In this document: in pieces, positions 37,821-47,637 of the stretch | Numbering within the stretch: position 1 is the first letter of the stretch | Layout: the number at the start of each line of letters is the position of its first letter | DNA from: a virus | Lineage: Duplodnaviria; Caudoviricetes | Reading direction: 5' to 3' (one strand) | IMG/VR virus record: IMGVR_UViG_2706796498_000001 | Coordinates: 42,072-106,071 of that record | Length of the DNA stretch: 64,000 nt | The notes under the pieces: generated by a model | Seen by the model: the letters and a program-made list of their open reading frames with translations, nothing else | Database searches by the model: none | What the model was told of the DNA's origin: nothing | Made by a program: the position numbers and the translations under genes

Positions 37821-40814
37821 TTGAAAATTAAGGAAATTGAAGCGAAAAACTTTCGTTCTTACAGTAATTTAAAAGTCAGCTTAGAAAACTACCATGGTTT
37901 AACCCTACTATCCGCAGATAACGGGAGCGGCAAGGCACAACCATATTCAGAAAGAGTTATGACGCCTAGTGGTGTTACTACTATGGGCCAACTCAAGGTT
38001 GGCGATTATGTATATAACCGTTTTGGTAAGCCAGAACAGGTAACAAATATTTTTGAAAAAGGTAAACTAGATGTATATAGAGTTATTACAAGCGACGGTC
38101 GTAAAGTTCTTGTAAACAAAGACCATTTATTTACTGTATATGATTCCAATGGGAAATTAAATAAAACTCTATCCATAGAGGATATGCTTAAACAGGGGCT
38201 ATGGAAAGACAATCCTAGTAAGCATGGTTCTAAAGTATATAGGTATGCTATACCTATCAACGAAGCTATTGAATATCCCACTGCTAAAATTAATTATGAC
38301 CCATATACTATTGGGGCATTATTAGGAGACGGCTGTTTAGTTGATAAACATATTCAAATTTCCGCAGATGATAAGAAAAAGTTTATCCTAGATAAGATTG
38401 TAGCTAATAACCATTGTTTATCTGGGTACAAGAGAAATTCAGAAAAAAACTATACTTGGGCTTTTAAACTGAGTAAACAACAAGGCAGTTATAAGGGTAC
38501 TAGACACACGCACTACCTAGCCCAAAATGAAGATTTAAACCTACCAGAAGAAGTTGTTCAATATACCAAAGATAAATCCATACCTAGTGAGTTAATGTAT
38601 GGTAGTATTAAGCAAAGGTATGAGCTAATCAATGGTTTATTTGACACTGATGGTTCTGTTACCTTAGTAAAAAGTCGGAGTAATATTAGTTCAATTACTT
38701 TCTCTAGTGTGAATAAGACCTTAGTAGACCAAGTAACTGAAATTTTGAGGTCATTGGGTTACTTAGTGTTTGTAAGCAAGGAAGATCGGCGTGGTAAAAA
38801 ACACGCTAACAGTAACTACGCTTATAAATCTATTGAATATACCATAAAGGCAAAAAGTACGTGGGAAAAAGAATGTAAGTTATTTACTATCCCAGATAAG
38901 TTAGATAAAGTAAAATCCTCTAAAAAGACCCGTTATAAACATACTGATCGGGTAAAGATAGTGGAGGTTGATAAATTAGATTATCAGGAAAATATGCGTT
39001 GTATTATGGTAGATGATAAAGAACACCTTTATGTTTCTGGTGACTATGTAGTTAGTCATAATTCCTCTATTTATTTTGCCTTACTTTATGCTTTATATGG
39101 TAAGTGCCCTGATGGTACCAAAGCCGATGAGGTTATCAAACATGGTTCTAAGGGTGGTACCTTTACTCGGGTTAGTCTGGAAATTAATGGCAAAGACTAT
39201 GAAGTTACTCGTTACCGTAAGGACAAGGAATATAAGAATAAGGTAATTCTAACCTGTAATGGAGAAGATGTTACCTTGTCTACGGATAAGGAAACCAATG
39301 ATAAGATCATTGATATTTTAGGTTTTAAAGAAGATACCTTACTTAATTCTCTGGTGTTCAGCCCAGAACAACTAAACACCTTTATTAATGCAACTGATAA
39401 GACTAAGAAAGCAATGTTGGAAGATCTAACTAATATTGCAGTCTATCGGAAAGCATATGCCCTAGTTAAGGAAGATCTCAAGGAAGCTCAAGAGGGCCTC
39501 TCTAAGGCCCAAGAAGGCCAACAACATATAATTGACCTAGGTAACTATCAAAAGGCCCTAGAGGAGCAATGGAAGCAAAATAAGGCTACTCTAGAGGGTC
39601 AAAAGAAGAAGTATCTCGATTATTTATCTCAAACTGATCAAGCTACCTTGGAAAAGGAAGTGGCTAGTCAAACTTATTTAGTTGATCATAACAAACAGGC
39701 GTTACTAACTCTTAATAATCAAATTGATAAGTTAGGAATTAACACAACTGCGCCCCACCTAAATGAATACAATCAGGCTCGTTCCCTGGCTGATCGAAAG
39801 TATAATGTTCAAAAGCATACCTACAATCAATTACAAGAAATCTTTGCCCAGTTAAAGAAAGTTCAGAATACTCCCAATGCTATTTGTAGTTTATGCGGGA
39901 ATGTTCTAGACGCCCAACATAAACAAGTTGAGATTACTAATCTCACTAAACAGTTACAAGAAGGGAAACAACAATACCTATCTCAAAAGGAAGAATATAA
40001 TCAAGCCGAAGATAAAGCCCAACAAGTAAAAGCGATTGTTAATCAGGAGCAGGCTAGTGCTAAGGAAAGCCTGAATAAATTAAATCAACTTAACAGTCAA
40101 AAAGAAAAGATTAATGCACAGATGAGGCAAGTAACGTTAGCCCTACAACAAGCACAGCAACGGCTTAGCCAGTATCAAGAAAAACAAGGTGAATTTATTA
40201 GGTTAAATCAACAAGTAATTGAGAAGCCTAAAGAGTTATCCACTGACTATCACAGCCAAATGATTGAGGCACAAGATAAAGTTAATCAAGCTAAGAACAA
40301 GATTGAAAAACTGAATAAGCTAGAAGCTATTTATTCAGACCGTGGGGTTAAGGCTCAAGCATTAAACCAAGTCGTTCCCTTCTTGAATGACCATCTTGCT
40401 AAAGCGTTGGATATTCTTACAGGAGGTGAAATCCAAGCAAGTATATCCTCGCAGACGACCACCAAAACCGGCAAGGTTAATAATAAGATTGATCTATCGG
40501 TTAACACACCTAAAGCTAAAAAGACGTACCAAGAGCTTAGTTCGGGGGAAAAGCGGCGTGTAGGAATTTCACTGAACATTGCCTTCATGGAATACCTGCA
40601 AACCCAAATTGGCGGGGTTAATCTCGTTGTTTTGGACGAATTGTTTGATAACCTCGACCCTTCTGCGATCGAAGCTGTGGTAAATCTGCTGAGTAAGATC
40701 AGTAAAGACGATATGACGGTATTAGTCATTAGCCACAATCCCGACTTGAAATATAATGATAGTTTTGATAATATTATTAATATCAATGACAACAACGGGA
40801 AGTTAGAACTGTAA
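37821..40814 (+). CDS. sbcC: SbcC/Rad50-like recombination ATPase subunit, intein-containing
   Basis: NFRSY; Walker A NGSGK|SS split by the intein; coiled coil with CSLC zinc hook; LSSGEKRR; VLDELFD; VISH. Confidence 0.9.
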   Translation: MKIKEIEAKNFRSYSNLKVSLENYHGLTLLSADNGSGKAQPYSERVMTPSGVTTMGQLKVGDYVYNRFGKPEQVTNIFEKGKLDVYRVITSDGRKVLVNKDHLFTVYDSNGKLNKTLSIEDMLKQGLWKDNPSKHGSKVYRYAIPINEAIEYPTAKINYDPYTIGALLGDGCLVDKHIQISADDKKKFILDKIVANNHCLSGYKRNSEKNYTWAFKLSKQQGSYKGTRHTHYLAQNEDLNLPEEVVQYTKDKSIPSELMYGSIKQRYELINGLFDTDGSVTLVKSRSNISSITFSSVNKTLVDQVTEILRSLGYLVFVSKEDRRGKKHANSNYAYKSIEYTIKAKSTWEKECKLFTIPDKLDKVKSSKKTRYKHTDRVKIVEVDKLDYQENMRCIMVDDKEHLYVSGDYVVSHNSSIYFALLYALYGKCPDGTKADEVIKHGSKGGTFTRVSLEINGKDYEVTRYRKDKEYKNKVILTCNGEDVTLSTDKETNDKIIDILGFKEDTLLNSLVFSPEQLNTFINATDKTKKAMLEDLTNIAVYRKAYALVKEDLKEAQEGLSKAQEGQQHIIDLGNYQKALEEQWKQNKATLEGQKKKYLDYLSQTDQATLEKEVASQTYLVDHNKQALLTLNNQIDKLGINTTAPHLNEYNQARSLADRKYNVQKHTYNQLQEIFAQLKKVQNTPNAICSLCGNVLDAQHKQVEITNLTKQLQEGKQQYLSQKEEYNQAEDKAQQVKAIVNQEQASAKESLNKLNQLNSQKEKINAQMRQVTLALQQAQQRLSQYQEKQGEFIRLNQQVIEKPKELSTDYHSQMIEAQDKVNQAKNKIEKLNKLEAIYSDRGVKAQALNQVVPFLNDHLAKALDILTGGEIQASISSQTTTKTGKVNNKIDLSVNTPKAKKTYQELSSGEKRRVGISLNIAFMEYLQTQIGGVNLVVLDELFDNLDPSAIEAVVNLLSKISKDDMTVLVISHNPDLKYNDSFDNIININDNNGKLEL
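37935..39062 (+). mobile_element. Intein (376 aa, Ala1) with LAGLIDADG homing endonuclease
   Basis: Begins AQPYSERVMTPSG and ends VVSHN before Ser+1; block B NKDHLF; block F MRCIMV; LAGLIDADG motifs IGALLGDG and INGLFDTDG. Confidence 0.92.
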
Positions 40815-40828
40815 GGAGGATTATTTAA

Positions 40829-41443
40829 ATGGGTATTTTGACTACGACTAATAGTTTGAGGACGAGGGCCATCATAGATCAAGGCACGGTAAAGCTATTG
40901 GTGTCCTGCGCTAGTAAAGATCGACAGGACACAGTGGTTTTGCCTATTAGTGTTGGCAACTACTGGTACCCTTTGTCGCCCTACCTAGACTTTCGATACA
41001 GCAATACGTATAAGCATATTATTTTATTCTTAGACGCACACACTAGTCAGGAATTTAAGGGCTTGTTTTACCTTAAAGACAAGGGCCGCTATCCTTTTCT
41101 AGAGGAATTATATGATTATAAGAATAATGTTCCCGGTATTTATGATAGTGTTTTAACACTTAATCTAGGTTTAACTACTAAGTTTAAGAGTATGGGTTTA
41201 GCTACATGGGACGAATACTATAACCAAAAAATGGTTAAGGATAACTTTACCTTGTTATCAAACACTTTAAATGAATTAGAGAATACCATCTTTGAACGGC
41301 AAGACAACTTAGCGCCACAGACTAAGAACCTCTTAAAGTTTGCGACTAAAGAAGAACAAAGGTCTTTAATGGATTTAGGAATGGCGTATCGAATGAACAG
41401 TTATATGCAAAAGATAGTTAAGGTACGTGATCGTTATGAATAG
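40829..41443 (+). CDS. Hypothetical protein, syntenic with the anti-sigma factor of Twort-like phages
   Basis: ~200 aa between SbcC and primase; function inferred from position only. Confidence 0.5.
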   Translation: MGILTTTNSLRTRAIIDQGTVKLLVSCASKDRQDTVVLPISVGNYWYPLSPYLDFRYSNTYKHIILFLDAHTSQEFKGLFYLKDKGRYPFLEELYDYKNNVPGIYDSVLTLNLGLTTKFKSMGLATWDEYYNQKMVKDNFTLLSNTLNELENTIFERQDNLAPQTKNLLKFATKEEQRSLMDLGMAYRMNSYMQKIVKVRDRYE

Positions 41444-42485
41444 TCAATTAAGTAAGGATCAGCAGGCTTTGGTGGACTACCTTGGTCTGAATGATTTTAA
41501 TCTATCTGGGGGCAACCAACTTAACTTTAACTGCCCCTTTTGTGACGACCACCGTAAAAAGATGTATGTATCCCCCAAGGGTAAGTTTATCTGTTTCCTA
41601 TGTGAAACTAGGGGTAACTCGATTGTTAGTTTTATCTCCCAATTAGATAAGATTTCATATCAGGAAGCTACTAGCGCATTAAGAGATTATGGCTTAGATC
41701 ATCAAGTAAGTTATAAGCAACCCGGTAGCACTTTGCTGGGTTCACTGATCCGTATCAAAGGTCAACAAAAAGTTGCTAAGCCTAAGCCAATGGAAATGAT
41801 TCCTCTACCAACTAACTGTTATCTATTAAAGGAACACAGCCCAATAACTGAACCATTCTTCCAGTATTTATATAAACGGGGTATGACCGATCAGGAGATT
41901 ATAAATTATCAGGTCTGTTATGTAGTTAAGGGTCTAGTCAAAACTAAGAATAAGTCCTTTTACATTAATAATCAGGTAGTCTTTATTACCTTTGATAGTA
42001 ATGGTAGGGCTATTTATTGGAATACTAGGTCAATTGATTCAAACCCCTATATCAAGTCTTTTAACGGGGTAGCGATTAATGACCACCAACACACTAAGAA
42101 GAATACTATCTTTAACCTTAATCGAACCGATAACCATATTATGGTGGTCTGTGAAGGGGTGTTTAACGCCTTAACCTGCACCCAAGGCGATTATGTAGGA
42201 GTAGCAACCTTTGGTAAGAATATATCAGATGAACAGGTTAATATGATTATTAATTCTCGGGCTACTGCTGTCTATTTATTCTTAGATAATGATGCTAAAC
42301 AACAAACATTTCAACTATATAAGCGTCTTTTAAATAAGGGCCTTTCCAAGCCTTTAAAGATAGTGTATAATGCTAGTATAGATCAAGACGCTAACGACTT
42401 AGGCAAGGTTAAAGTAAAAGAATTACTTGACCAAGCTAGGGACGTTAATCTTGCTAGTGTACTAAATATGTTAGGGGGACGATAG
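41436..42485 (+). CDS. DNA primase
   Basis: Zn finger CPFC...CFLC, YLYKRG, YWNTRSI, TOPRIM CEGVFNA and LDND. Confidence 0.9.
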   Translation: MNSQLSKDQQALVDYLGLNDFNLSGGNQLNFNCPFCDDHRKKMYVSPKGKFICFLCETRGNSIVSFISQLDKISYQEATSALRDYGLDHQVSYKQPGSTLLGSLIRIKGQQKVAKPKPMEMIPLPTNCYLLKEHSPITEPFFQYLYKRGMTDQEIINYQVCYVVKGLVKTKNKSFYINNQVVFITFDSNGRAIYWNTRSIDSNPYIKSFNGVAINDHQHTKKNTIFNLNRTDNHIMVVCEGVFNALTCTQGDYVGVATFGKNISDEQVNMIINSRATAVYLFLDNDAKQQTFQLYKRLLNKGLSKPLKIVYNASIDQDANDLGKVKVKELLDQARDVNLASVLNMLGGR

Positions 42486-42486
42486 A

Positions 42487-42840
42487 ATGGCGAATCAAAC
42501 GCCGTTGAGAATGCTTTCCGCGGTTGCTTTCATTGATTATGTGCATATCAAGCACCAAGTCGAAAAGCTAGATCATGATAAGGTCACTCAAGCGGTGGGC
42601 CAACATGATAAAGACAAGGTTGAGTATGGCGAAGCCTATGAAGTTTTAGAAGAATATCTAGCGGAAGCTCAACATTATAGCGATAGTTTAATTAGTTACA
42701 CCAATTCATTAATTTCTAGTCTGTGTTCCATGATGGTTAGTAAAGGAATTATGACTGAACAAGAAGTTAACGAAATGGTAGACGTTACCCAAAAGATTTG
42801 GGAAAGCCAATTAAAAAGTGAGGACAACAATAATGAATAA
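42487..42840 (+). CDS. Hypothetical protein
   Basis: ORF in operon with SD. Confidence 0.6.
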   Translation: MANQTPLRMLSAVAFIDYVHIKHQVEKLDHDKVTQAVGQHDKDKVEYGEAYEVLEEYLAEAQHYSDSLISYTNSLISSLCSMMVSKGIMTEQEVNEMVDVTQKIWESQLKSEDNNNE

Positions 42841-43153
42841 AGATTTACCAGAATTAGACAAGAAGCGTAACATTATCTTTACTATTACCGATGGGGATAA
42901 GGATCACACCGATGTACAGATTGCCGCCAATGGTTATGGGGTCGTTCCTGAATCTGAAAAGGTGAGTGATGTCGAAAAGGACACTAATAAGTTACGTATT
43001 TCCAAGATGATCACGGAATCAATCTATGCTTTTACTATCTTTATGGACGACTTAGGTTTAGATAAGAAGTATGTATTAGATACCGTTGACAAGATTTATG
43101 GTCAACTTCATCAAGACGATCAAGAGGATCAAGGGGATCAAGGGGATAAGTAA
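42833..43153 (+). CDS. Hypothetical protein
   Basis: ATG 42833 with SD GAGGA. Confidence 0.6.
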   Translation: MNKDLPELDKKRNIIFTITDGDKDHTDVQIAANGYGVVPESEKVSDVEKDTNKLRISKMITESIYAFTIFMDDLGLDKKYVLDTVDKIYGQLHQDDQEDQGDQGDK

Positions 43154-43155
43154 TA

Positions 43156-43854
43156 ATGCCAGTATCATTAATTAAGTCTTTTAAGGATTGTTTAAAGGCT
43201 AATGGGTTAAATGAACTTGCTAAGGCAGTTTCTAGTAAGGACATTTCACCAGTTACCCCTAATCAATTAGTTGACCAATATGGCTTAGACGTTTTAACTA
43301 ATACTAGCAAAGAAGATTTATTAATTGATGAAGAAGATTTATTGAAGGATTTCACAGAAATGGTATTGAACTTTGACCATGTAGTTTTAAAGTTGGTACC
43401 ATCACATGATTTTAGTGAAGAAAATCTAGCTTCATTACTACGATCTTTCATTTTAAAGAGTGAAGAGATTAAGAACAACTATTCCTCTTTATTTAAAGAG
43501 TCCCTTAATATAGACTACTATTTAGCTGGTAAGTATGACAAGGGTCAGTTAGGTATCTTTGCAGTTCGGGGTAAGAAAGGTCATTATTTTATCTTTTATA
43601 GCAAACAGGTTAATTTACTAACCCAGGCTGATTTAGATAAGTTAGTCAAAAATATGTTTTCTGACAAGGAATATAGCCTAGAGGAAATTAAGAATCTACA
43701 AGAGTGGGCTAATCAATTACAAGTAGTTTATAAAGATAATAAGAAGTATCTGAATAGCTTGTTGGAATTAACAAGAAATCGTGTTTTATATGACCCAGAC
43801 GCACAGAAGATTTTCAAACTGGTCTCAGAATCACAATTACTGTTAGATAATTAG
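43156..43854 (+). CDS. Hypothetical protein
   Basis: ORF followed by a terminator hairpin at 43857-43889. Confidence 0.6.
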   Translation: MPVSLIKSFKDCLKANGLNELAKAVSSKDISPVTPNQLVDQYGLDVLTNTSKEDLLIDEEDLLKDFTEMVLNFDHVVLKLVPSHDFSEENLASLLRSFILKSEEIKNNYSSLFKESLNIDYYLAGKYDKGQLGIFAVRGKKGHYFIFYSKQVNLLTQADLDKLVKNMFSDKEYSLEEIKNLQEWANQLQVVYKDNKKYLNSLLELTRNRVLYDPDAQKIFKLVSESQLLLDN

Positions 43855-43933
43855 CCGAAGCCCTGCTAAGTAAGCAGGGTTTTGTTTTATCGTTTTTTGA
43901 TATAATAGATTTAAACTATGAAAGGAAAAAGAA

Positions 43934-44581
43934 ATGCAAGGAAAGGGACGAGTCTCAAAGGGAAAGAATTACGAACGTAGAGTAGCCAGGGAACTCTCAC
44001 AAGCATTCAAAACTGATGTAGAAAGAACAGGGGGGAGTGGCGCTTATCGAGGAATCCAGACCGAATATAATAAATCCGAAGATGAGGGTAAGGTTGGTTT
44101 TGTCGGAGATCTTTTCTTTCCCAACGATCACCCACTAAGCATTTTTAATTATGAACTAAAGAACCATGATAAAGTTCGATTAACTAATATCTTTAACAAT
44201 AATGGAGAAATCCCATCTTTCCTAGAACAGGTCATTACTGATAGTAATCGGCTAGGTGGAGTTGGTGCTACTGCTCCTTGTCTGATTATCCATGTTACAC
44301 GGGAGGACGATTACGTGGTATTCCCTTATAATGCTAATGTTTATCGTGCTCTAGTAACTAAGGGGCCCGTAATGATTAAAGTAATGAGTTTCTACCAGAA
44401 GCGTACAGAACTAACCTATCGTTATCAAATGTTAATAACAAATTTAGCTACGTTTGAACAGGTAAACCCAGAACAAATTCAGCAGGTTTATTCTAAGTTA
44501 GATTGGGACGTTTTAAACCATGATTTAAAGCCAGTTAATCATGAAGTTGATTATGATGATTTAGTTGATAATATTAAATAA
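43934..44581 (+). CDS. Holliday junction resolvase (PD-(D/E)xK)
   Basis: SKGKNYERRVA, RTGGSGA, GDL, YELK motifs. Confidence 0.82.
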   Translation: MQGKGRVSKGKNYERRVARELSQAFKTDVERTGGSGAYRGIQTEYNKSEDEGKVGFVGDLFFPNDHPLSIFNYELKNHDKVRLTNIFNNNGEIPSFLEQVITDSNRLGGVGATAPCLIIHVTREDDYVVFPYNANVYRALVTKGPVMIKVMSFYQKRTELTYRYQMLITNLATFEQVNPEQIQQVYSKLDWDVLNHDLKPVNHEVDYDDLVDNIK

Positions 44582-44583
44582 CT

Positions 44584-45192
44584 ATGCGATTAAGAAAACA
44601 AGTAAACATTGATAACACATTTAGGGTTTTGAATCTCAATTTTTATGATACAAATAATGCGATTGTATTAAATAAAGAAAATATGGCTAAGATTAAGCAA
44701 GCCCTAAAGAACCAAGATGAGGTCACTTATGTAGTAGATCATTTTAATAGTTATGTAAGGCAACAAAAGGCCATCTATGAAAGTGGTCAACGGGTAATTC
44801 TACATACTAAGACAGTTATTCCAGTCCATGTATTCTTAGCAGTCGGGACGAACCGTAAGTCTTATTATGTATACGAATTACATGATTTTACCCAGAAAGA
44901 GTTACAAAATATGCAAACTGCTAGTGCAGTATCAACGGTAGCGATTGAGATCAACCATATTAATTCTAAAACTAATTTAAGAGAGTTGTTGTTCCAGTTA
45001 AACGATACTCGTTATATTGCCGATCAGGTCTTGCTTAATTTTGATGATGAAACCGATGTAGCCTTGATTAATGCTGTCTTTGATTACTTCCATGAGATTT
45101 TAGCTAGGTGGAAGTTACAGTTATTTATTCGTATGAATGACAAAGAACAAAAGAATCAGTTGCGATCAGATATTATTGCACGCTATAAATAA
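44584..45192 (+). CDS. Conserved hypothetical protein
   Basis: 202-aa ORF in the replication module. Confidence 0.6.
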   Translation: MRLRKQVNIDNTFRVLNLNFYDTNNAIVLNKENMAKIKQALKNQDEVTYVVDHFNSYVRQQKAIYESGQRVILHTKTVIPVHVFLAVGTNRKSYYVYELHDFTQKELQNMQTASAVSTVAIEINHINSKTNLRELLFQLNDTRYIADQVLLNFDDETDVALINAVFDYFHEILARWKLQLFIRMNDKEQKNQLRSDIIARYK

Positions 45193-45203
45193 CTAAAAAA
45201 CTA

Positions 45204-45233
45204 TTGACAACCCCCACTTGTTGGGGGTATTAT
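45204..45233 (+). promoter_or_regulatory. sigmaA-type promoter with palindromic spacer
   Basis: TTGACA-18-TATTAT; the spacer forms ACCCCCA-CTTGT-TGGGGGT. Confidence 0.65.
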
Positions 45234-45263
45234 TATGTCATCGAAAGGAAAGGAGATCTAGTC

Positions 45264-45731
45264 ATGAACAATGAGATCATTCAAGACGCAATGCAACCAA
45301 TTGGCTATATCAACGAACATGGGGAAGCAGTAACGTTAAACCCCGAAGAATTGTTGAATATAGATAACCAAAACCTAAATGTGTCTAAACTAGCTAATGA
45401 CTACTTTATTGTAGCTCGGTTGGCTGAACGTAAGGCTTTGGAAACGTCTGATTTAAAGACCCAGTTAGAAGCATTGCAAGGGAGTTTGTATGCTAACTAT
45501 TTAAATAACGAAGGGCTAAAGAAGATGAATGGGGGTAAGAAGCCAACTGAAACTATGTTAACTTCTGCAATTAATACTACCAAGTCTTACCAAGAGCTAA
45601 TGGTAAAGATTAACCGTGCTGACTATCAAACTCGGGTATTAAAGTGGTTATGTAAGGCTTTAGAGATGAAGTCTAATCTTTACCAAACGCTTAGTGCTAA
45701 CAATCGGGCAGAACGGAAGGTGGAACACTAA
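45264..45731 (+). CDS. Helical protein, possible UvsY-like recombination mediator
   Basis: ATG 45264 with SD AAGGAG; KPTE..L..AI...Y and KALEMK...QTLSA pattern; upstream of SSB/RecA. Confidence 0.55.
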   Translation: MNNEIIQDAMQPIGYINEHGEAVTLNPEELLNIDNQNLNVSKLANDYFIVARLAERKALETSDLKTQLEALQGSLYANYLNNEGLKKMNGGKKPTETMLTSAINTTKSYQELMVKINRADYQTRVLKWLCKALEMKSNLYQTLSANNRAERKVEH

Positions 45732-46366
45732 TGGATAGTTACAATGATACTTTTGATTCTAATTTAACAGCAGTTGAAAATTGGGTTGAAGATGTAGCAA
45801 CCCAGTATCTCGAAACGAAGGATAGTTTTGTTCAAATCTATTCACCAGATCAGACGTACCTTCGTCTATATCATAAGTTGCCTAGTGATCTTAATAATGA
45901 AGAAGTTACTAGTTACTTCCTGATTAAGACTAGGGAAAATGTTCATCTACTAATGCGTCAACTGTATAGTGAAGATGACGCTTTATACACGCAGGACGTT
46001 TCTTATGTAGAAGCCTTAACCACGAATATGTTCCTTAACACCTTGGAAATTATGCACCTTTTGCTAGATGAACGACCAATGGAACTAGATGAATTTAAAG
46101 AAGAACTAACCGCACTTGTTGGGATTCTAAAGGCTAAGAATCATGACTATGGTTCGTCTACCCATGACACGGTAGAGTTGTTTGGAATGGTACCGTCTTA
46201 TGGAGTACGTATTATTGATAAGCTCAACCGAATTAAGTCACTTGCCTTTGGTACAGACCCACGGGTTAATGAATCATTACAAGATACTTTAGTTGACTTA
46301 GCAGGTTACTTGTTATTATTCCTAGTTGAAATTGAATACCAATTACAGGTTGCAAAAGACGAGTAA
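45731..46366 (+). CDS. Protein with C-terminal DUF1599/Nmad1-like domain
   Basis: KNHDYGSS, VRIIDKLNRI, ESLQDTLVDLAGY. Confidence 0.7.
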   Translation: MDSYNDTFDSNLTAVENWVEDVATQYLETKDSFVQIYSPDQTYLRLYHKLPSDLNNEEVTSYFLIKTRENVHLLMRQLYSEDDALYTQDVSYVEALTTNMFLNTLEIMHLLLDERPMELDEFKEELTALVGILKAKNHDYGSSTHDTVELFGMVPSYGVRIIDKLNRIKSLAFGTDPRVNESLQDTLVDLAGYLLLFLVEIEYQLQVAKDE

Positions 46367-46407
46367 CTGTTGTATACTTAGGACATATTAAAAGGAGGAA
46401 TTAAATC

Positions 46408-47586
46408 ATGTCATTTGAAGAACAGATTGAAGCCATTTTAGGCGATACACACAATACGCAACAACAACAAAACAATTTCCGGGCAATCAACATTGGTAAG
46501 ACGCCGTTCGTTGGTCGTATTCTCCCCTTGGAAGAAGGCGAGTTTCCCTTTGTTTCATACACCCGTTCATGGTTAAGCTACACGAATCGTCAAGGAGAAC
46601 CAACTAGCATTCCAGTTATCTTTGATCGGACTAACCCTAACGATGTATTGGGAAAGTTGATTGCTAACGTATTCTTTTACAACCGGTCACAAATGAAGGC
46701 TACTGGTAGTAATGAAGAAGCTATTAAGATTAGTAGTGGGCGCTTTGGCCTACAAATGCAAGAACGCTCAACCTTCCTTGGGGTTCGAGTTGGGCCTAAC
46801 CAACAAGGGGCCTATGTAGAAGAAATCGATGGCAATACCAACCAAGAAGTCATCAACGCTTTCGATATTTCTCATGGTATGCTTCGTAACTTAGTAGAGT
46901 TACTCAAGCCAAGTGTTCCATATATGAACAACCAAGGACAACCATTGTTTAACACCCCACTACAATTTATTAGTGCAGGTCAAACATTCCCCGTTGAACT
47001 CAAGTCTACCCAAGGTTCAGACCGCCACTGGTCTAGCACGGCTAATGCTTTGAATCAGATTGCATTACCACCAATGTCCTTTAACTACTTGGAAAAGGAA
47101 CAGGACGGTAGCTACAAGTATATCCCTAATCTTGCACAGGAACTCCGTCCTCTGTTAGAAACTAATCCTACTTTCTATGAAAAGGTATATAACTACGTTA
47201 AGGAAAGCGTAGATACACAGATGAACAAGTTGGGGATTACTACTTTAGATACCCGTAACCAAACACAGGCACCACAAGCACAAGGATTTACTCCTAGCCA
47301 ACCAAGTCCGGCCCCACAGCCAAGTATGAATACTAATAGTGTTCCTCAAGCCCCTAACTTTGGAAGCCAAGCACCAACCCAACAAGCTCCTAGTTTTGGG
47401 GGTCAAGCACCAACACCACAAACCCCTAACTTTAGCAACAGTCCCGCTTCCAATGAACAACCTTTTGCCGGTAATCAAACTACAATGTCAGATGATGATC
47501 TACCTTTTAGTAATACAAACCAACCGTCTGATGGGAGTCAACTGGAAAGCAGTCAATCGCTAGATGATTTCTTAGACAACATTTAA
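46408..47586 (+). CDS. Single-stranded DNA-binding protein (Twort-like)
   Basis: GRILP motif, Q/P-rich linker, acidic tail; synteny before RecA. Confidence 0.65.
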   Translation: MSFEEQIEAILGDTHNTQQQQNNFRAINIGKTPFVGRILPLEEGEFPFVSYTRSWLSYTNRQGEPTSIPVIFDRTNPNDVLGKLIANVFFYNRSQMKATGSNEEAIKISSGRFGLQMQERSTFLGVRVGPNQQGAYVEEIDGNTNQEVINAFDISHGMLRNLVELLKPSVPYMNNQGQPLFNTPLQFISAGQTFPVELKSTQGSDRHWSSTANALNQIALPPMSFNYLEKEQDGSYKYIPNLAQELRPLLETNPTFYEKVYNYVKESVDTQMNKLGITTLDTRNQTQAPQAQGFTPSQPSPAPQPSMNTNSVPQAPNFGSQAPTQQAPSFGGQAPTPQTPNFSNSPASNEQPFAGNQTTMSDDDLPFSNTNQPSDGSQLESSQSLDDFLDNI

Positions 47587-47637
47587 CAAAATTTAAGGCT
47601 ACCGCTTAGGCGGGGGCTTTTTTATTAGGGGATCAAA

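Noticed and set aside
40355-40882. 175-aa minus-strand ORF
   Set aside because: Antisense to the conserved SbcC C-terminus; no independent signals
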